Assembly (NCBI GenBank): GCA_963829055.1 | Contig: CAWHHI010000016.1 | Location: 864,001 to 928,000 of the forward strand | Source of the DNA: an uncultured Gemmatimonadaceae bacterium | Lineage (GTDB): Bacteria; Gemmatimonadota; Gemmatimonadetes; Gemmatimonadales; Gemmatimonadaceae | DNA length: 64,000 nt | Direction of reading: 5' to 3' | Shown: positions 24,734-37,700 of the stretch, one piece after another | Numbering within the stretch: the stretch's first letter is position 1 | Layout: each line of letters begins with the position of its first letter | Made by a program: the position numbers and the translations under genes | The notes under the pieces: generated by a model | What the model was told of the DNA's origin: nothing | Databases searched by the model: none | What the model saw: the letters and a program-made list of their open reading frames with translations, nothing else

Positions 24734-27371
24734 TCATTGCTGCGTGGTGCCGCGAATCCTCACGGTGCGAGTGAGCTCGTCTTCGGCCTGAAGGATCTTC
24801 TCGCGAATGTCACGCGGCAGATCCGCGTGCTCGCGAAGGAAACGATCGACCGCCAGCAGCGACTCGGCGCTCGTCTGCCCTTCGAGGAACGACGACAGCC
24901 ACGATCCGAGGAAGAAGATCCGCCGGTTCGTCTGGATCCAGCGCAGGGAGTCGAGCGCGGGAATCAGGTAGGGCCGAGTGAGGTCCGACTGGCGGACCGA
25001 GTTGAAGCCTTCGAGGCTCGCGGTTACCCAGTCTTCGTTGAGCGCCTCGTCCGCGAAGTAGCGCTGGAAGTACTCGCGCTTGACCTCCGGGATCAGGGCG
25101 TGCCGCCGCGGCGACGAACGCGCGACGCTTCCCTTCCGAGCCGGAGTCGCGACTCGCTTCGGCGGCGAAGCGTCGCTCCGCCGAGCGACTCCTTCGCTCG
25201 ATGAGCGCGGTGACGATTGCCCAGCGCGTCGGCGCCCGCAGCGGCGCGCCGGCCGCTTGCGGTGCTGTCGAGCAGCGCATCGAGATGCGACGAGCGCCGC
25301 GGGCGTTCCCGCGACGCGAATGTACGTGTCGAGGTACGGCTTTCGGATGCCGTACGGTCGCGACGCGTCCGCCGACGCCTGCGCGCAGCGCCTGCTCCAC
25401 CGAGGCCAGCGCCGAGTCTCGCCGCTCCGGCGGCAGGTACGCGAGCATCGCGCGTCCCACGCGTCCGAGCACGCCAGACACGATCTGCTCGTCGCGTTCG
25501 TTCGGCAGCTCGCGCAACGCGAGTGCGGCGATACCGAGCCGGATCGAAGCCGGGCCTCGCGCACGAGGTCCCACAGCGCGCCCCAGAGCATCGCGCGCAG
25601 AAACGAGTCCTGAACGCTCGAGATGTTGCTCCTCGAGCCACGCGACCGTCCGCTCGTCCGGAAGCACGAGCGCGTACGCATAGTCGTCGGCATTCGCGAA
25701 CACGAACGTCGGGCGAGACGCGCGCTTCGGGCAGCGCGGACGACCGTGCTCTCGGCGTCCAGCGACACGCGGCAGCCTAACGACGCCACCGTCCGACAGG
25801 CCGACGATCACGCTCGTGCGAATGGGCCACGGCTCCTTGCCGGACAGATCCTGCGCGGCGCGCTGACGAAGGATCGAGCCGTCGTCTGCCCATCGCGAGC
25901 CTTGCTTGAGCACCTGATCGATCATCGGCATGCCGGGGCGAAGGATGTACTCCTTGCCCCAGCCGTCGAGCGATCGACCACTCTCGGCGCCGATCGCGGC
26001 CAGCAGGTCGCGCCACGTCGCGTTGCCGTACGCGTGCGCGGTCGAGAAACCGGCGGAGACCGCGCTGAAACGCATCGGGACCGACGAGATAGTCGAGCTG
26101 CTTGAGAACGACGGCGCCTTGTTGTAGACGATCGCGCCGTAGTTGCTCTTCGCCTGATCGAGATTCGCGAGCGACTGCCAGACCGGTGTCGTGCCGCGCG
26201 TCTCGTCCACGGCGTACGCCGCGGGCTTGTTGCGCAGGTAGAACGTCTTCCAGACACCGGACGACGTGTCGAGCGACGCCTGCATCTTCGCCGCCATGTA
26301 CGTGGCGAAGCCTTCCTTGAGCCACAGGTCGTCGAACCAGCGCATCGTCACGAGATCGCCGAACCACTGATGCGCGACCTCGTGGTAGATCGTCGCGGTG
26401 CGTCCGAGTCGCTGCGTGAGCGTCGGCCGCTCGCGGAAGATGAAGCGGTCTTCGTTGTAGAAGATCGCGCCGGGGTGCTCCATGCCGCCGAACGGGAACG
26501 CCGGCGCGAGCAGGACGTCGAGCTTCTTGAATGGGAACGGTCGCGCGAAGTAGCCCTCGAGCCACCGCGCCGCCACATCGTTCGCGACGATGATCGAATC
26601 AGCTCTCGGCCTCGGCGACGCGTGACTTGCGCACGTACATCGTGATCGGCCGCTTGCTCGCCGACGATGTCACCGTCGCCCACGGTCCGGCCGCGAACGC
26701 GATCAGATAGGTGCTGATCGGCTCCGTCTCGGCGAACTCGGTGCTCGGCAGGCGTGGCCGCTGTCGGCGACATGCCGTGGAGGTCGCCGGACCGTTCGCG
26801 AGCACTCGCCACTCCCGGCGGTGCTCGCAGTCGCAGCGAGACTCTCGCCTTGAGGTCCGGCTGATCGAAGCACGGAAAGAGCTGATTCGCGTCAGCCGGG
26901 ACGAGCAGCGTGTAGAGGTATTCCGCTCCGTCCGTCGCGTCGCGATAGCGGATGATGCTGGCGCCTGCCGCCGCGATCTTCGTGACGAAGCCGATCGTGA
27001 CGACGTTCTCGCCGACGACGACGTCGCTCGCAGGCACTCGGAGGTGCGCGCCGTTGAACTCGCGGTGACGCGATGCGCCTTGCCGTTCACCTCGACGGCA
27101 CCGAGTCGCTGGCCGCGGAAATCGAGGATGACATCGCCCGGCTCGTGCCACGTGGAACCGCGCCGTCACCGTTCCTCGCGACGAGTCGCGCTCCGTGAGG
27201 TCGAACGACAGCGCGTAGCGAACATCGCGGATCTGCGCCGCACGAGCCGTCGCGAGCGCGCGCGACACACCGGTTCCCATGAGCGAGTCCGCTGGTCCGC
27301 GAACCGTATGCCGCCGGCGGATTCCCGGACGTGGCGATCGCGAACAGCACTGCGGAAACGGTCAGCGGCAT
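24734..27371 (-). CDS. M1 family aminopeptidase (frameshifted)
   Basis: FPCFDQPDLKA, ISTYLIAF, GGMEH, HEVAHQWFGDLVT...LWLKEGFATY, VYNK. Confidence 0.95.
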
Positions 27372-27608
27372 GATGGCCCATGGTCGACGTCGTAGTTCGC
27401 TCGTTCGCAGTATCCCCGCCGGAAATGCCTGACACAAGGGTCAACGAGAGTCGGTGAGCCCGACCAGCATGGTGACGACGTCATTCGACCTTCCCTCCGC
27501 TCGCTTCGCGAGCCGATCTTTTCGGCGCGACGCGACTGCGATCGTCGGGCCGGCGAGAGCGCGTCGTGGCGATCACGTGGCAACAACGGCGGCGAGGGCG
27601 GAGCGCAC

Positions 27609-29928
27609 ATGCGGATCGGCAAGATTGGGGTGATTGGTGCGGGCGCCATGGGAGCGGGCATTGCCGCGCTGGCAGCGTCGGCCGGATTTCCGGTGACGCT
27701 GCTCGACGTTCCCGGCGACGCCGACCGCAACGCGGCGGCGAAGGGCGGCGTACAGCGAGCGCTGAAGGCGAAGCCGCCGCAATTCATGAGCGCCGACCGC
27801 GCCGCGCTCATCACGGTCGGCAACACGGCGGATGATCTCGCGTCTGCTCGCCGACTGCGACTGGATCATCGAAGCGATCATCGAGCAGGCAGCGCCTAAG
27901 CGGCAGCTGTTCGAGCAGCTCGAGACAGATCGTCAAGCCGACGGCGATCGTATCGACGAACACGTCCGCGATTCCGATCCGCTCGCTGGTCGAGTCTCGC
28001 TCCGACGAATTCCGACGACGCTTCCTCGGCACGCACTTCTTCAATCCGCCGCGCTATCTCCATCTGCTGGAGCTCATTCCGACGGAGCGAACGGCACCGG
28101 AAGTCGTCGCGGGAATCCGCGACGTTCGGTGAACGCCTGCTCGGCAAGGGCATCGTCGTCGCGCGAGACGTTCCGGGATTCATCGCGAACCGCCTCGGCA
28201 TTCACGGGTTCCTGCGTGCGATTCGGCTACATGCAGGAGTTCGACCTAACGATCGACGAGGTCGACGCACTGACCGGACCGTTCATAGGCCGACCGAAAT
28301 CCGCGACGTTCCGTACCGGCGACATCTCCGGTATCGATGTGCTGAGCCACGTCGCGTCCGGTCTGTCCGCGAGCGACCGGCGAGGACTTCGCGCTACCCG
28401 ATTGGGTGCGCAAGCTCGTCGGCCGAGAATCGACTCGGCGAGAAAACGGGCGCGGGCTTCTACCGAAAGGTCGGGCAAGGACATCCACACGCTCGACTGG
28501 AAGACCGGCGAGCTACGCACCCGCCTCGAAGCCGCGGCTCGAGGCGCTGCAGAACATGCAGCAGCTGCCGCTCAACGAACGACTCCATGCGCTCACGACG
28601 GCGGGCGGCCGCCATGCGGAGTTCCTGCGCAAGCTGCTGCTGTTCGAGAGCCATTACACCCTGACGAGAACGCCCGAGATCGCGCCGGACATCGTGTCGG
28701 TCGACCGCGCGATGGAGTGGGGATATGCCTGGGATTGCGGTCCGTTCAAGCAGATGGACGCGATGGGCCTCGAGTTCCTGCGCGGCGGTTTCGGCGCGCT
28801 CGGCCTCGATGAGCCGACGTCTTCTGCGCACGGCGCAGGAGAGCTTCTACCGCCGGCCGGGCAATGGCGAGCGATACCTGACGTTCGCGGGTCAGTACTC
28901 GCCCGTCGACGAGCTCGCCGGGCATCTGAGCCTCGACGCGCTGCGGTTGCGCAACCGCGTGATGGAAGCGTCCGCCGATGCCGCACATGTACGACGTCGG
29001 CGACGGCGTGCTGCTGCTCGAGTTCCGCAGCAAGATGAATTCGTTAGGCGAAGGCGTGATGCGGATGCTCGAGGCGGCGCTCGATCGCGCCGAACGCGGC
29101 AAGCACACGGGTGTGATCATCGGCAACGACGATCCGCGCACGTTCACGGCCGGCGCGGATCTGGCGCCTGGTGCTGCGTCAGGCTGCAGCCGGCGACTGG
29201 AAGGCACTCGACGCGAACGTGCGAGTCGTTCCAGCGACTCGTGACGTCGCTCAGGCGGATGCCCTTCCCCGTCGTCGTCGCGCCATTCGGGCTCACGCTC
29301 GGCGGCGGCGCCGAGATGACGCTCCACGCGTCGCGCGTGCAGGCGCATGCCGAGTTGTACATGGGTCTCGTCGAGGTCGGCGTCGGGCTGATTCCGGCTG
29401 GCGGTGGCACGAAGGAGCTGCTCTTCCGCTTCACGGAGGAGCTCGCCGCTTACGACGAGGCCGATCCGTTCGAGGCGGTGAAGCGCGCGTTCAAGATGAT
29501 CGCGATGGCGACGACGAGCACGAGCGCGCTCGATGCGCGAAAGCTCGGCTTCCTCCGCGACGGCGATCGCATCTCGATGAACCGCGATCACCTGCTCGGC
29601 GACGCGAAGGCGCGTGTGCTCGAGCTCGCGCGGGACTACGTCGCGCCGCCTCCGCGCCGCATTCGTGCGCTCGGCCGTGAAGCGATCGGGAATCTCGAGT
29701 ACGCGCTGTGGGCGATGCGCGAGGGCGGTCAGGCGAGCGATCACGATGTGCGCATCGGACACGCGCTCGCGCGCGTGCTGGCCGGCGGCGACGGTCCGCC
29801 GCGTGAGGTGTCGGAGCAGGACGTGCTGGACCTCGAGCGCGAAGCATTCCTCTCGCTGCTCGGCACGAAGGAGACGCAGCAGCGCATCGAGCACATGCTG
29901 AAGACCGGGCAAGCCGTTGAGGAACTGA
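27609..29928 (+). CDS. fadN: 3-hydroxyacyl-CoA dehydrogenase / enoyl-CoA hydratase (FadN-like; frameshifted)
   Basis: [67 protein letters not shown]. Confidence 0.92.
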
Positions 29929-29994
29929 GCGGCTGGCAAGCGCCGCCGACCCGGACTTTATACTTCAGTCATTACCGCTTCCCACCGGAGTCCC

Positions 29995-31165
29995 ATGTCT
30001 CCCAACGACGCCGTCATCGTCTCGGCCGTTCGCACCGCCGTCGGGCGCGGCAAGAAGGACGGCTCGCTCGCCAACGTTCATCCCGTCGATCTCTCGGCCG
30101 AGGTGCTGAAGGCCGCGGTGAGTCGCGCCGGCGTCGCACCGAGCGACATCGACGACGTGATCTGGGGATGCGCGATGCCCGAGGCGTCGCAGGGACTCAA
30201 CGTCGCGCGCCTCTCCGTGCTGCGCGCCGGCTTCCCGGTCGACGTGCCTGCGACGACGGTCAATCGCTTCTGCTCGTCGGGACTGCAGACGATCGCGATG
30301 GGCGCGCAGGCCATCATGAGCGGGATGGCCGAGACCGTCATTGCCGGCGGCATCGAGATGATGAGCCAGGTGCCGATGTCCGGGTATCCACACCGGACTC
30401 AATCCGGCGATGACCGAGTCGTACATCGGCATGGGCTTCACGGCCGAGCGGGTCGCGCGAGCGATGGAAGGTGAGCCGCGCGGACCAGGACGCGTGGGCG
30501 TTAGGCAGTCAGGAGAAGGCGGCGCGCGCCTGGCAGGCTGGCCGATTCGCCGACCAGATCGTCCCGATCGAGGCCGAGCGGCTGGCGGCAATGGCGGCAG
30601 CCGAGCGTACGGCGTTCTGCGCGCGATGAGCTCGTGCGCGCCGACACGACCGCCGAGAAGCTCGCGAAGCTGCAGCCGGCGTTCAAAGTCGGCGGGACCG
30701 TCACGGCCGGCAATGCGAGCCCGTACTCCGACGGCGCCGCGGCGCTCGTGCTGATGAAGCGCTCGAAGGCCGACGCGTTAGGCCTCAAGCCGCTCGCGCG
30801 GTTCGTCACGTTCGCGGCGGCTGGCGTCGATCCCGACATCATGGGCGTCGGGCCGATCAAGGCCGTGCCGAAGGCGCTTCGCCTCGCCGGCATGTCGCTC
30901 GCCGACATCGACCTCATCGAGTTCAACGAGGCGTTCGCGTCGCAGATCGTCGCGTCGATGCGTGAGCTCGGAATGCCGGAGGATCGCGTGAACGTCAACG
31001 GCGGCGCGATTGCGCTCGGCCATCCGCTCGGCGCGACTGGCGCGAAGCTCACGACGCAGCTGATCCACGAGCTACGAGCGCCGTGGTGGTGGTCGCGGCC
31101 TCGTGACGATGTGCGTCGGCGGCGGCATGGGCGCCGCGGGGATCTTCGAGGTCGACGCCGCCTAA
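29995..31165 (+). CDS. fadA: Acetyl-CoA C-acyltransferase (thiolase)
   Basis: [53 protein letters not shown]. Confidence 0.95.
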
Positions 31166-31176
31166 CGCACGAGCGC

Positions 31177-31947
31177 TCAGGTCATCCAGCCGCCGTCGAC
31201 CACGTACACGCCGCCGGTACAGTAGCTGCCCGGCGTCGGAGGCCAGAAACAGCGCGAGCCCCGCGACGTCCTCGGGAGTGCCAAGACGCGGCAGCGGCTG
31301 CCGCGCGAGCTGTGCCGCAACCGCGGCGTTGTCGTTCCACATCGCGGCGCTGAAGTCGGTCTTGATGAGGCCCGGGCAGATCGCGTTCGCGCGCACGTTC
31401 TGCGCACCCCACTCGAGCGCCATCGCCTTCGTCAGGTTGATCAGCGCGGCCTTGCTGACACTGTAGATCCCGAGCCCCGTGTCCGGCCGCAGACCATCGA
31501 CGCTCGACAGGTTCACGATGGAGCCTCCGCCGCGCGCTGCCATGATCGGGTAACGCGCGACAGCCGAGCTCCAGCGGCGCCTTCACGTTCACGGCCATGA
31601 TCTTGTCGAACGCAGCTCTCGGTCATCGACGTGAGCGGCCCATAGAGCGGACTCACGGCGGCGTTGTTGACGAGCACGTCGATGCCTCCGAGCTCGGTCG
31701 CGGCGAACGCGATGAGCGCGCGCGCTTCGTCGAGCCGGCCGACGTTCGCGGGAAATCCGCGCGCGATGATGCCTCGGCCAGCGAGTGCCTGCACGGTGGA
31801 CTCGACGGCGTCAGGCTTTCTGCTGCTGACGACGACCGCGGCGCCGGCGCGGCCGAGTTGAAATGCGATCGCGCGGCCGATCCCACGCGTGGCGCCGGTG
31901 ATGACGGCGATCTTTCCCGAGAGATCGAAGCGTTGATCGTTTTGCAT
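31177..31947 (-). CDS. Short-chain dehydrogenase/reductase (SDR)
   Basis: [27 protein letters not shown]. Confidence 0.93.
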
Positions 31948-31988
31948 GGCGGGAAGGTGTCGATGTTCGACGCGCGTCGCCATTGGGC

Positions 31989-32126
31989 GTCATTCCGAGC
32001 GAGCGAAGCCGGGTGCCCGCCAAAGGCGGGCGCATGAGGAATCCTCGGCTTACGTAGTAGAGGGCTCTCTACCAAGACGCCAAGGATTCCTCGACTGCGC
32101 GCCTGCGGCGCTCCGCTCGGAATGAC
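31989..32126. repeat. Palindromic REP/MITE-like element, copy 2
   Basis: GTCATTCCGAGCG...GAGGAATCCT...AGGATTCCTCGACTGCG...CGCTCGGAATGAC. Confidence 0.85.
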
Positions 32127-32199
32127 AGGGTGACGAAAGCGGCGACCGCTCCGTTCGCGCCCGCCGCCATCCGCCTTCCTCCGTCCGCCTGCCGAGGTC

Positions 32200-33000
32200 C
32201 TACCGCACGACCTGCAGCGGCTGTCCGTTGCGATAGATCTCAACCGCATCCGCACGACCGTCGCGATCCTCGTCGCTCCACACCTGCAGCACCGTTCCGT
32301 TCGCGTCATACCAGGTCGCCCGCTCCGGCACGCCATCACCATTGGCGTCCACCGTCTCGGATCGAAGGTCCGAGCGCCCGAGCCAGTTCTGTACGTCCAC
32401 CGTGCGTACGCCAACGCGAATGAGCACCGCGCCCGTCATGGCCGGCATCTGCTGCGGGTACTGTGTGCGGTCGACCGGGCCCGTGTTGCCGCCGTTGTTG
32501 CCACCGTTATTGCCACCGTTGATTACCGCCGTTGTTGCCCGAGTTGTCGCGTGCCGCCCGGATGCACACCCGATCGGATGTCCGGGTGGTAGTCGCACCA
32601 GCCATCGCGGTTCTTGTCGATGCACGACGGATCGTAGGGGTGTCCGTGCGAATCCCGGCTGTAGCCGCCATTGCTGGCGTCGCGGTTCCGGCCGTTGCGT
32701 CGGCCGTGGCGATCGTACCGGCTGTTCGCATTGGAGACGACCGGTTACGATCCGTGTTGTCTCCCCAGATGATCTGCGAGTTGCGCGGCTGATTGCGCAC
32801 CGCGGTCTCGCAGTCGGTCGGCGCAGGCTGGTGGCCCGGCGGAACGCCGTCGATCCAGAATGCGACACATACCCGCGGGCGGACGCTGTCCGTGCGGCAC
32901 GCCCTGATTTCCGCGGCCGCGGCCCTGCGCTTCAGCCGTCGTGGCCAGTACCCAGCACCGCCGCGGTAAGTCCTGTAAGAATCACGCTCGAAGCTTTCAT
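32200..33000 (-). CDS. Exported hypothetical protein with DxDxDG-like motifs (frameshifted)
   Basis: Signal-like N-terminus; [31 protein letters not shown] repeats; [18 protein letters not shown]. Confidence 0.6.
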
Positions 33001-33282
33001 CGTTGGATCCTCCCTGGAAGTGCCGCTCGAGTGGCAAGCAGACACCATCCGTAAAGCACGTGCGGTGCCAACTGCGACTGCGAATGGCACGTCGCACGGC
33101 TGGTCTCCAACTGGCCACAGACGAACGACTTACACGGCGCAGCCCGCATCCAACTCAACCGTTAGGCGTCCCCCGATCCACACGATCGCCGTCTCGCTCG
33201 CGAGACAACGCCGGCTCGGCTACAATTCACAGCCATCGCGTCGTCGCGACCGACACTTCTTTCTTCCCTCCGTCCCACCGCC

Positions 33283-34541
33283 ATGGGCACTGCCAACGCC
33301 ACGTCGTACAAGGATCTCGCCGCCTCCCACGTCCGGTGAGTCGATCACGATGCGCGACGGTCGGCTCGACGTGCCGAACGAGCCCATCGTCCCATTCATC
33401 GAGGGCGACGGCACGGGTCCGGACATCTGGCGTGCCTCACAGCACGTCTTCGACTCGGCGGTGAAGAAGGCGTATGGCGCCAAGCGGCGAATCGCGTGGT
33501 TCGAAGTGCTGGCAGGCGAGAAGTCGAAGGCGAAGCTCGACACGTATCTCCCCGACGACACGCTGATGGCCATCGACCGTCACCTCGTGGCGATCAAGGG
33601 CCCGTTAGGCACGCCGGTGGGCGGCGGCTTCCGATCGCTCAACGTGACGGTCAGGCAGAAGCTCGATCTCTACGCGTGCGTTCGTCCCGTCCGCTACTTC
33701 GCCGGCGTCCCCTCGCCGGTGAAGCGGCCGGAGGACGTGGACATGGTGATCTTCCGCGAGAACACGGAGGACATCTACGCCGGCATCGAGTACAAGGCGG
33801 AGTCGGACGCAGGCGCGGAAGCTCATTCGCTTCCTGCAGGACGAGATGGGCGTGAAGGCCATACGCTTCCCTGAGACGAGCGGTATCGGCATCAAGCCCA
33901 TCAGCGCCGAAGGCACGAAGCGGCTCGTGCGATCCGCCATCGAGCACGCGATCCTGCGCAAGTCGAAGAGCGTGACGCTCGTGCACAAGGGCAACATCAT
34001 GAAGTACACGGAGGGCGGCTTCCGCGACTGGGGCTACGAGCTCGCGAAGCAGGAGTACGGCGCCGTGGACATCGACGGTGGACCGTGGCAGCGGCTGCCT
34101 AACGGGATGGTGATCAAGGATGCGATCGCCGACGCGTTCCTGCAGCAGATCCTGACGCGCCCGACGGAGTACGACGTCATCGCCACACCGAACCTGAACG
34201 GCGACTACATCTCGGACGCGCTGGCGGCGCAGGTGGGCGGCATCGGGATCGCGCCGGGCGCGAACATCAACTACCAGACTGGCCACGCGGTATTCGAAGC
34301 CACGCACGGGACGGCGCCGAAGTACGCGAACCAGGACAAGGTGAATCCCGGGTCCGTCATCCTCTCCGGTGAGATGATGTTCCGCTACATGGGCTGGAAC
34401 GAAGCCGCGGATCTCATCATCACGAGTCTCGAGAAGGCGATCGCCCAGAAACGCGTGACGTACGACTTCGAGCGCCTCATGGAGGGCGCGACGCTGACGT
34501 CCACGAGCGGCTTCGCGAACGCGATGGTCGAGAACATGTAG
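33283..34541 (+). CDS. icd: NADP-dependent isocitrate dehydrogenase (frameshifted)
   Basis: [77 protein letters not shown]. Confidence 0.97.
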
Positions 34542-34547
34542 GGACTG

Positions 34548-34668
34548 TTGTCATCCCGAGCGCAGCTAGCGACGAGGCCTTCCGGTGATGTCATCGTAGC
34601 CAGTCCGGCCACGAGTCCTTCAGCGACGCCTCATGTGCGCCTCGCGGGCCCCGCGCTCGGGATGACAA
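34548..34668. repeat. Palindromic REP/MITE-like element, copy 3 (variant ends)
   Basis: TTGTCATCCCGAGCGC...GCGCTCGGGATGACAA, between convergent icd and protease genes. Confidence 0.75.
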
Positions 34669-34674
34669 AGGGGC

Positions 34675-36231
34675 CTAGTTCACCGTCGCACCGTACGAGT
34701 ACGTCTCCGCCGACCCCTCCGTTCCCACGATCGCCGGCACGAGCGTGATCTTCGACCACTTCGTGCCGAAGTTGGCGATCGAGATCGAACCAGCACTCGA
34801 CCCGTCGAGCGAAATCGGATAGACGGTCGGCATCCCGCCGGTCCTCGGCGTCGCGATGACGAGTGCACGCCACGCGAAGCCATCGGCACCGTCGAACGTG
34901 AGGGTGAGCGTTCCGGTACCGGCCGGCAAGAACTCTACGAAGTTCGCTCCGCCGTACGCCCACGGCGCGCCATTGCCGACCTTCTTCGTGCCCGGGGCGA
35001 TCGACACGCTGACCGGGTAAGCGTTGTGCGTCGCCGCGATGACGTTCGTCGGTAGCGGAATGACCGTCGGTGCGTCCGACGTGAAGTCGTTGATGCCAAG
35101 CGTGTACTCGGCGGCGGCAAAGTTCTTCAGCGGCTCCCACGTGCCTCCGAAGGCGGTCGAGTCGAATCGCGTCACGCATCGTGTTGGTCTTCGCCGCCAG
35201 CCAGATCTGACGCTGGATGTCCGCGCCGTACGTCTCGCTGAGCCAGTTCTGGAAGTACGCCGCGCCGTACAGGAAGCGGCTGAACAGCGGAAGGTCGGGC
35301 GTCGCGAGGAACCTGTTGATGTACCAGTGCCAGTCGTTCACGCCGTCGTACACGGCGTCTTCCGCCCACGTCGCGTGCGACTCCATCAGCCAGCCTGACT
35401 GCAGCACGTTCATGTTGAACTGGATGGCGTGCATGAACTCGTGCGCCTGCGTGACCTTGAGCGCGCCGCTGCGGACGGTCTCCGCGCCCGTGACATCCTC
35501 GTCGTTAGGCGGGAACCCGTCGTAGAAGTCGTTCTCGACCACGATGTAGGCGCTCGCCGTGCCGAGCGGGACGGGGCTCGTCGCCTGTACGGTTACGTTT
35601 TCCGGGTAGGTCGCACCGTAGTACGTCGTCAGGTCCTTGTAGTACACGTGGAACTTCTGCGCCGGCGTCCCGACCGGTGGTGGGTATCGGAGCTCGACGA
35701 TCTCCCGCTGCCACACCGCCTCGAGGCTCCTGGCAGCGACGTCAATGAAATCGGGGATCCGGTTCTTGTTCGCGTCGAGCGTCGGAACCGAGTGGTTCCC
35801 GATCGTCGTGTAATGCAGGACGAAGTGCGGCGTCTCGAACGTTTGAGACAGGTTGCCCAGCCCCTTGGCGCGCAGGTCGAGGATCTGCTGCTGGGTCGAC
35901 TTGGAGAGCGAGCTCCAGTCGCGGGCCATCTGCACGAGCGAGTACGTCGCGTCCTTTCCGATGACCGACGAGCGGTACTTGGCGGGCAGCTGATCGGATC
36001 GCTGAGGGCCGCCTCGCGGTAGACGTTGGCGTTCTGCTTGTCCAGCGCCCCGCCGGAATAGTCGTCCTCGACGAGTTCGAGTGACGTCTTGCCGTTGCCG
36101 CCCTGCATGGCGACTGGGGACACGCTCACGGTCCGCGGCGCAGCAGGCGTCGTCGGCTCGTTAGGCAGATCCGTACAGGACGCGGCAACGACCACCAGCA
36201 ATGCGACACCACCGACGAATCGAGAACGCAT
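34675..36231 (-). CDS. Lipoprotein zinc metalloprotease, MXAN_6640-like
   Basis: Lipobox VAASC; FETPHFVLHYT; LKVTQAHEFMHAIQF; WLMESHATWAED. Confidence 0.8.
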
Positions 36232-36531
36232 GCACCCTCCACAATGAACGGCGACGCGGGCGCCCGAGCGGCTCCCGCCGCGCGTTACTGAACGGGCGGT
36301 CACACGGCGTGTCAAGGTTCCGGAGCGTCCGGGCCCGTCACAGGACGGGTGGGCCCGCTCTTGCAATGAAGGCCGGGTTGCGGTGCCACTTCGGCGGCTA
36401 TTGGCAGACTCGTGGCTGCGAAGCAGCCACGGCGGTAATACATTGCGTTCCTAGTATCCGAGCGTTGTGGGCGGCCCTCTGATTGCGGCCGTTGTGTTTA
36501 GCGCTCACCAACCAGGTGAATTGGAGGTCGA

Positions 36532-37284
36532 GTGGCGCTTCGCGATGAGCTGGAACGCTCCGGGACGTGGCTGTTTCGTTGGCGGGGCTACCTGCCACTT
36601 CTCCTGTTCGTGCCCGTGTTGGCAGGGCTGTCGGAATCGTCGACAGCGCCGCTCGGCTCCGGGATGGACACGCTGTGGGAAGCGTTCTGCTGCGTGGTGG
36701 GCCTTCTCGGCCTCGCGATTCGTGTCGCGACCGTTGGTCGTGCACCTGGCGGCACGTCCGGCCGGCGCACGCTCGGCGGCCCAAAAGCATCGCAGCTGAG
36801 CACGACCGGGATGTATTCGGTCGTGCGACACCCGCTATACCTCGGGAACTACTTCCAGTGGCTCGGCGTCGCGATGCTCCCGCGGAACCCGTGGGTGGCC
36901 ATCACGGTGAGCCTCGTGTTCTGGATCTATTACGAACGGATCATGTTCGCGGAGGAGGAATATCTCCGACGCACGTTCGGCGCGGAGTTCGAACAGTGGG
37001 CATCGCGCACGCCCGCGTTCATTCCGGATTTCGCCCACTGGATTCCCGCTGCGCTGCCGTTCTGCTGGCGGACGGCCGTGCGCCGCGAAAACTCCGGGAT
37101 GTTCGCGTTCGTCGCCGCCATCACGTTCGTCGGCCTCGTGCAGGACGTCGTGATCGCGCGACGCTTCGCTACCCGACCCGTTCTGGTCCGCGACGTTCGC
37201 GACGGGTGCTCTGACGTACGTCACTCTGCTGCTCGTAGGCCGCCGGACGAGTCTCCTGCGGGTTCCAGGCCGGTGACTCGTTAG
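36532..37284 (+). CDS. ICMT/PEMT-family membrane methyltransferase, LmtA-like
   Basis: GGAGG RBS; LFRWRGYLP; TSGRRT; LSTTGMYSVVRHPLYLGN; YYERIMFAEEEYL; TPAFIP. Confidence 0.85.
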   Translation: MALRDELERSGTWLFRWRGYLPLLLFVPVLAGLSESSTAPLGSGMDTLWEAFCCVVGLLGLAIRVATVGRAPGGTSGRRTLGGPKASQLSTTGMYSVVRHPLYLGNYFQWLGVAMLPRNPWVAITVSLVFWIYYERIMFAEEEYLRRTFGAEFEQWASRTPAFIPDFAHWIPAALPFCWRTAVRRENSGMFAFVAAITFVGLVQDVVIARRFATRPVLVRDVRDGCSDVRHSAARRPPDESPAGSRPVTR

Positions 37285-37310
37285 GACGTTCGCGGTCGTG
37301 TGAGACGGCG

Positions 37311-37691
37311 TTAGGTGCGCACGGCGGCGATCGCCTGAATCTCGATCTGGTAGCCGTAGTGAAGGTCCTTCACCGGTACTACGGCCCGCGCGGGACGGTG
37401 GGCGCCCATGATACGTGCGTACGTGGTGTTGACGCCGCCCCACAGCTCAATGTCCGACACGTAGATGGTCATCTGCAGCACCTGATCGAGCCCGCTGCCC
37501 GCGGCGACGAGAATCGCCTCGACGTTGCGCAACGTTCGCTCCGTTTGCTGTTCGATCGAGCCCACCGTTCGGTCGCTGCTCTTCGGATCGATCGGAAGCT
37601 GTCCCGCGACGTAGACGACGCCGTTATGCACGATCGCCTGCGAGTAGTGGCCGGCTGCGGTGGGCGCGTCGCGCGTTTCGATCGCTTGCAT
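37311..37691 (-). CDS. RidA/YjgF family protein
   Basis: GHYSQA, VYVAGQLP, RPARAVVPV, IEIQAIA. Confidence 0.92.
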   Translation of the reverse strand: MQAIETRDAPTAAGHYSQAIVHNGVVYVAGQLPIDPKSSDRTVGSIEQQTERTLRNVEAILVAAGSGLDQVLQMTIYVSDIELWGGVNTTYARIMGAHRPARAVVPVKDLHYGYQIEIQAIAAVRT

Positions 37692-37700
37692 TGTCGTATC

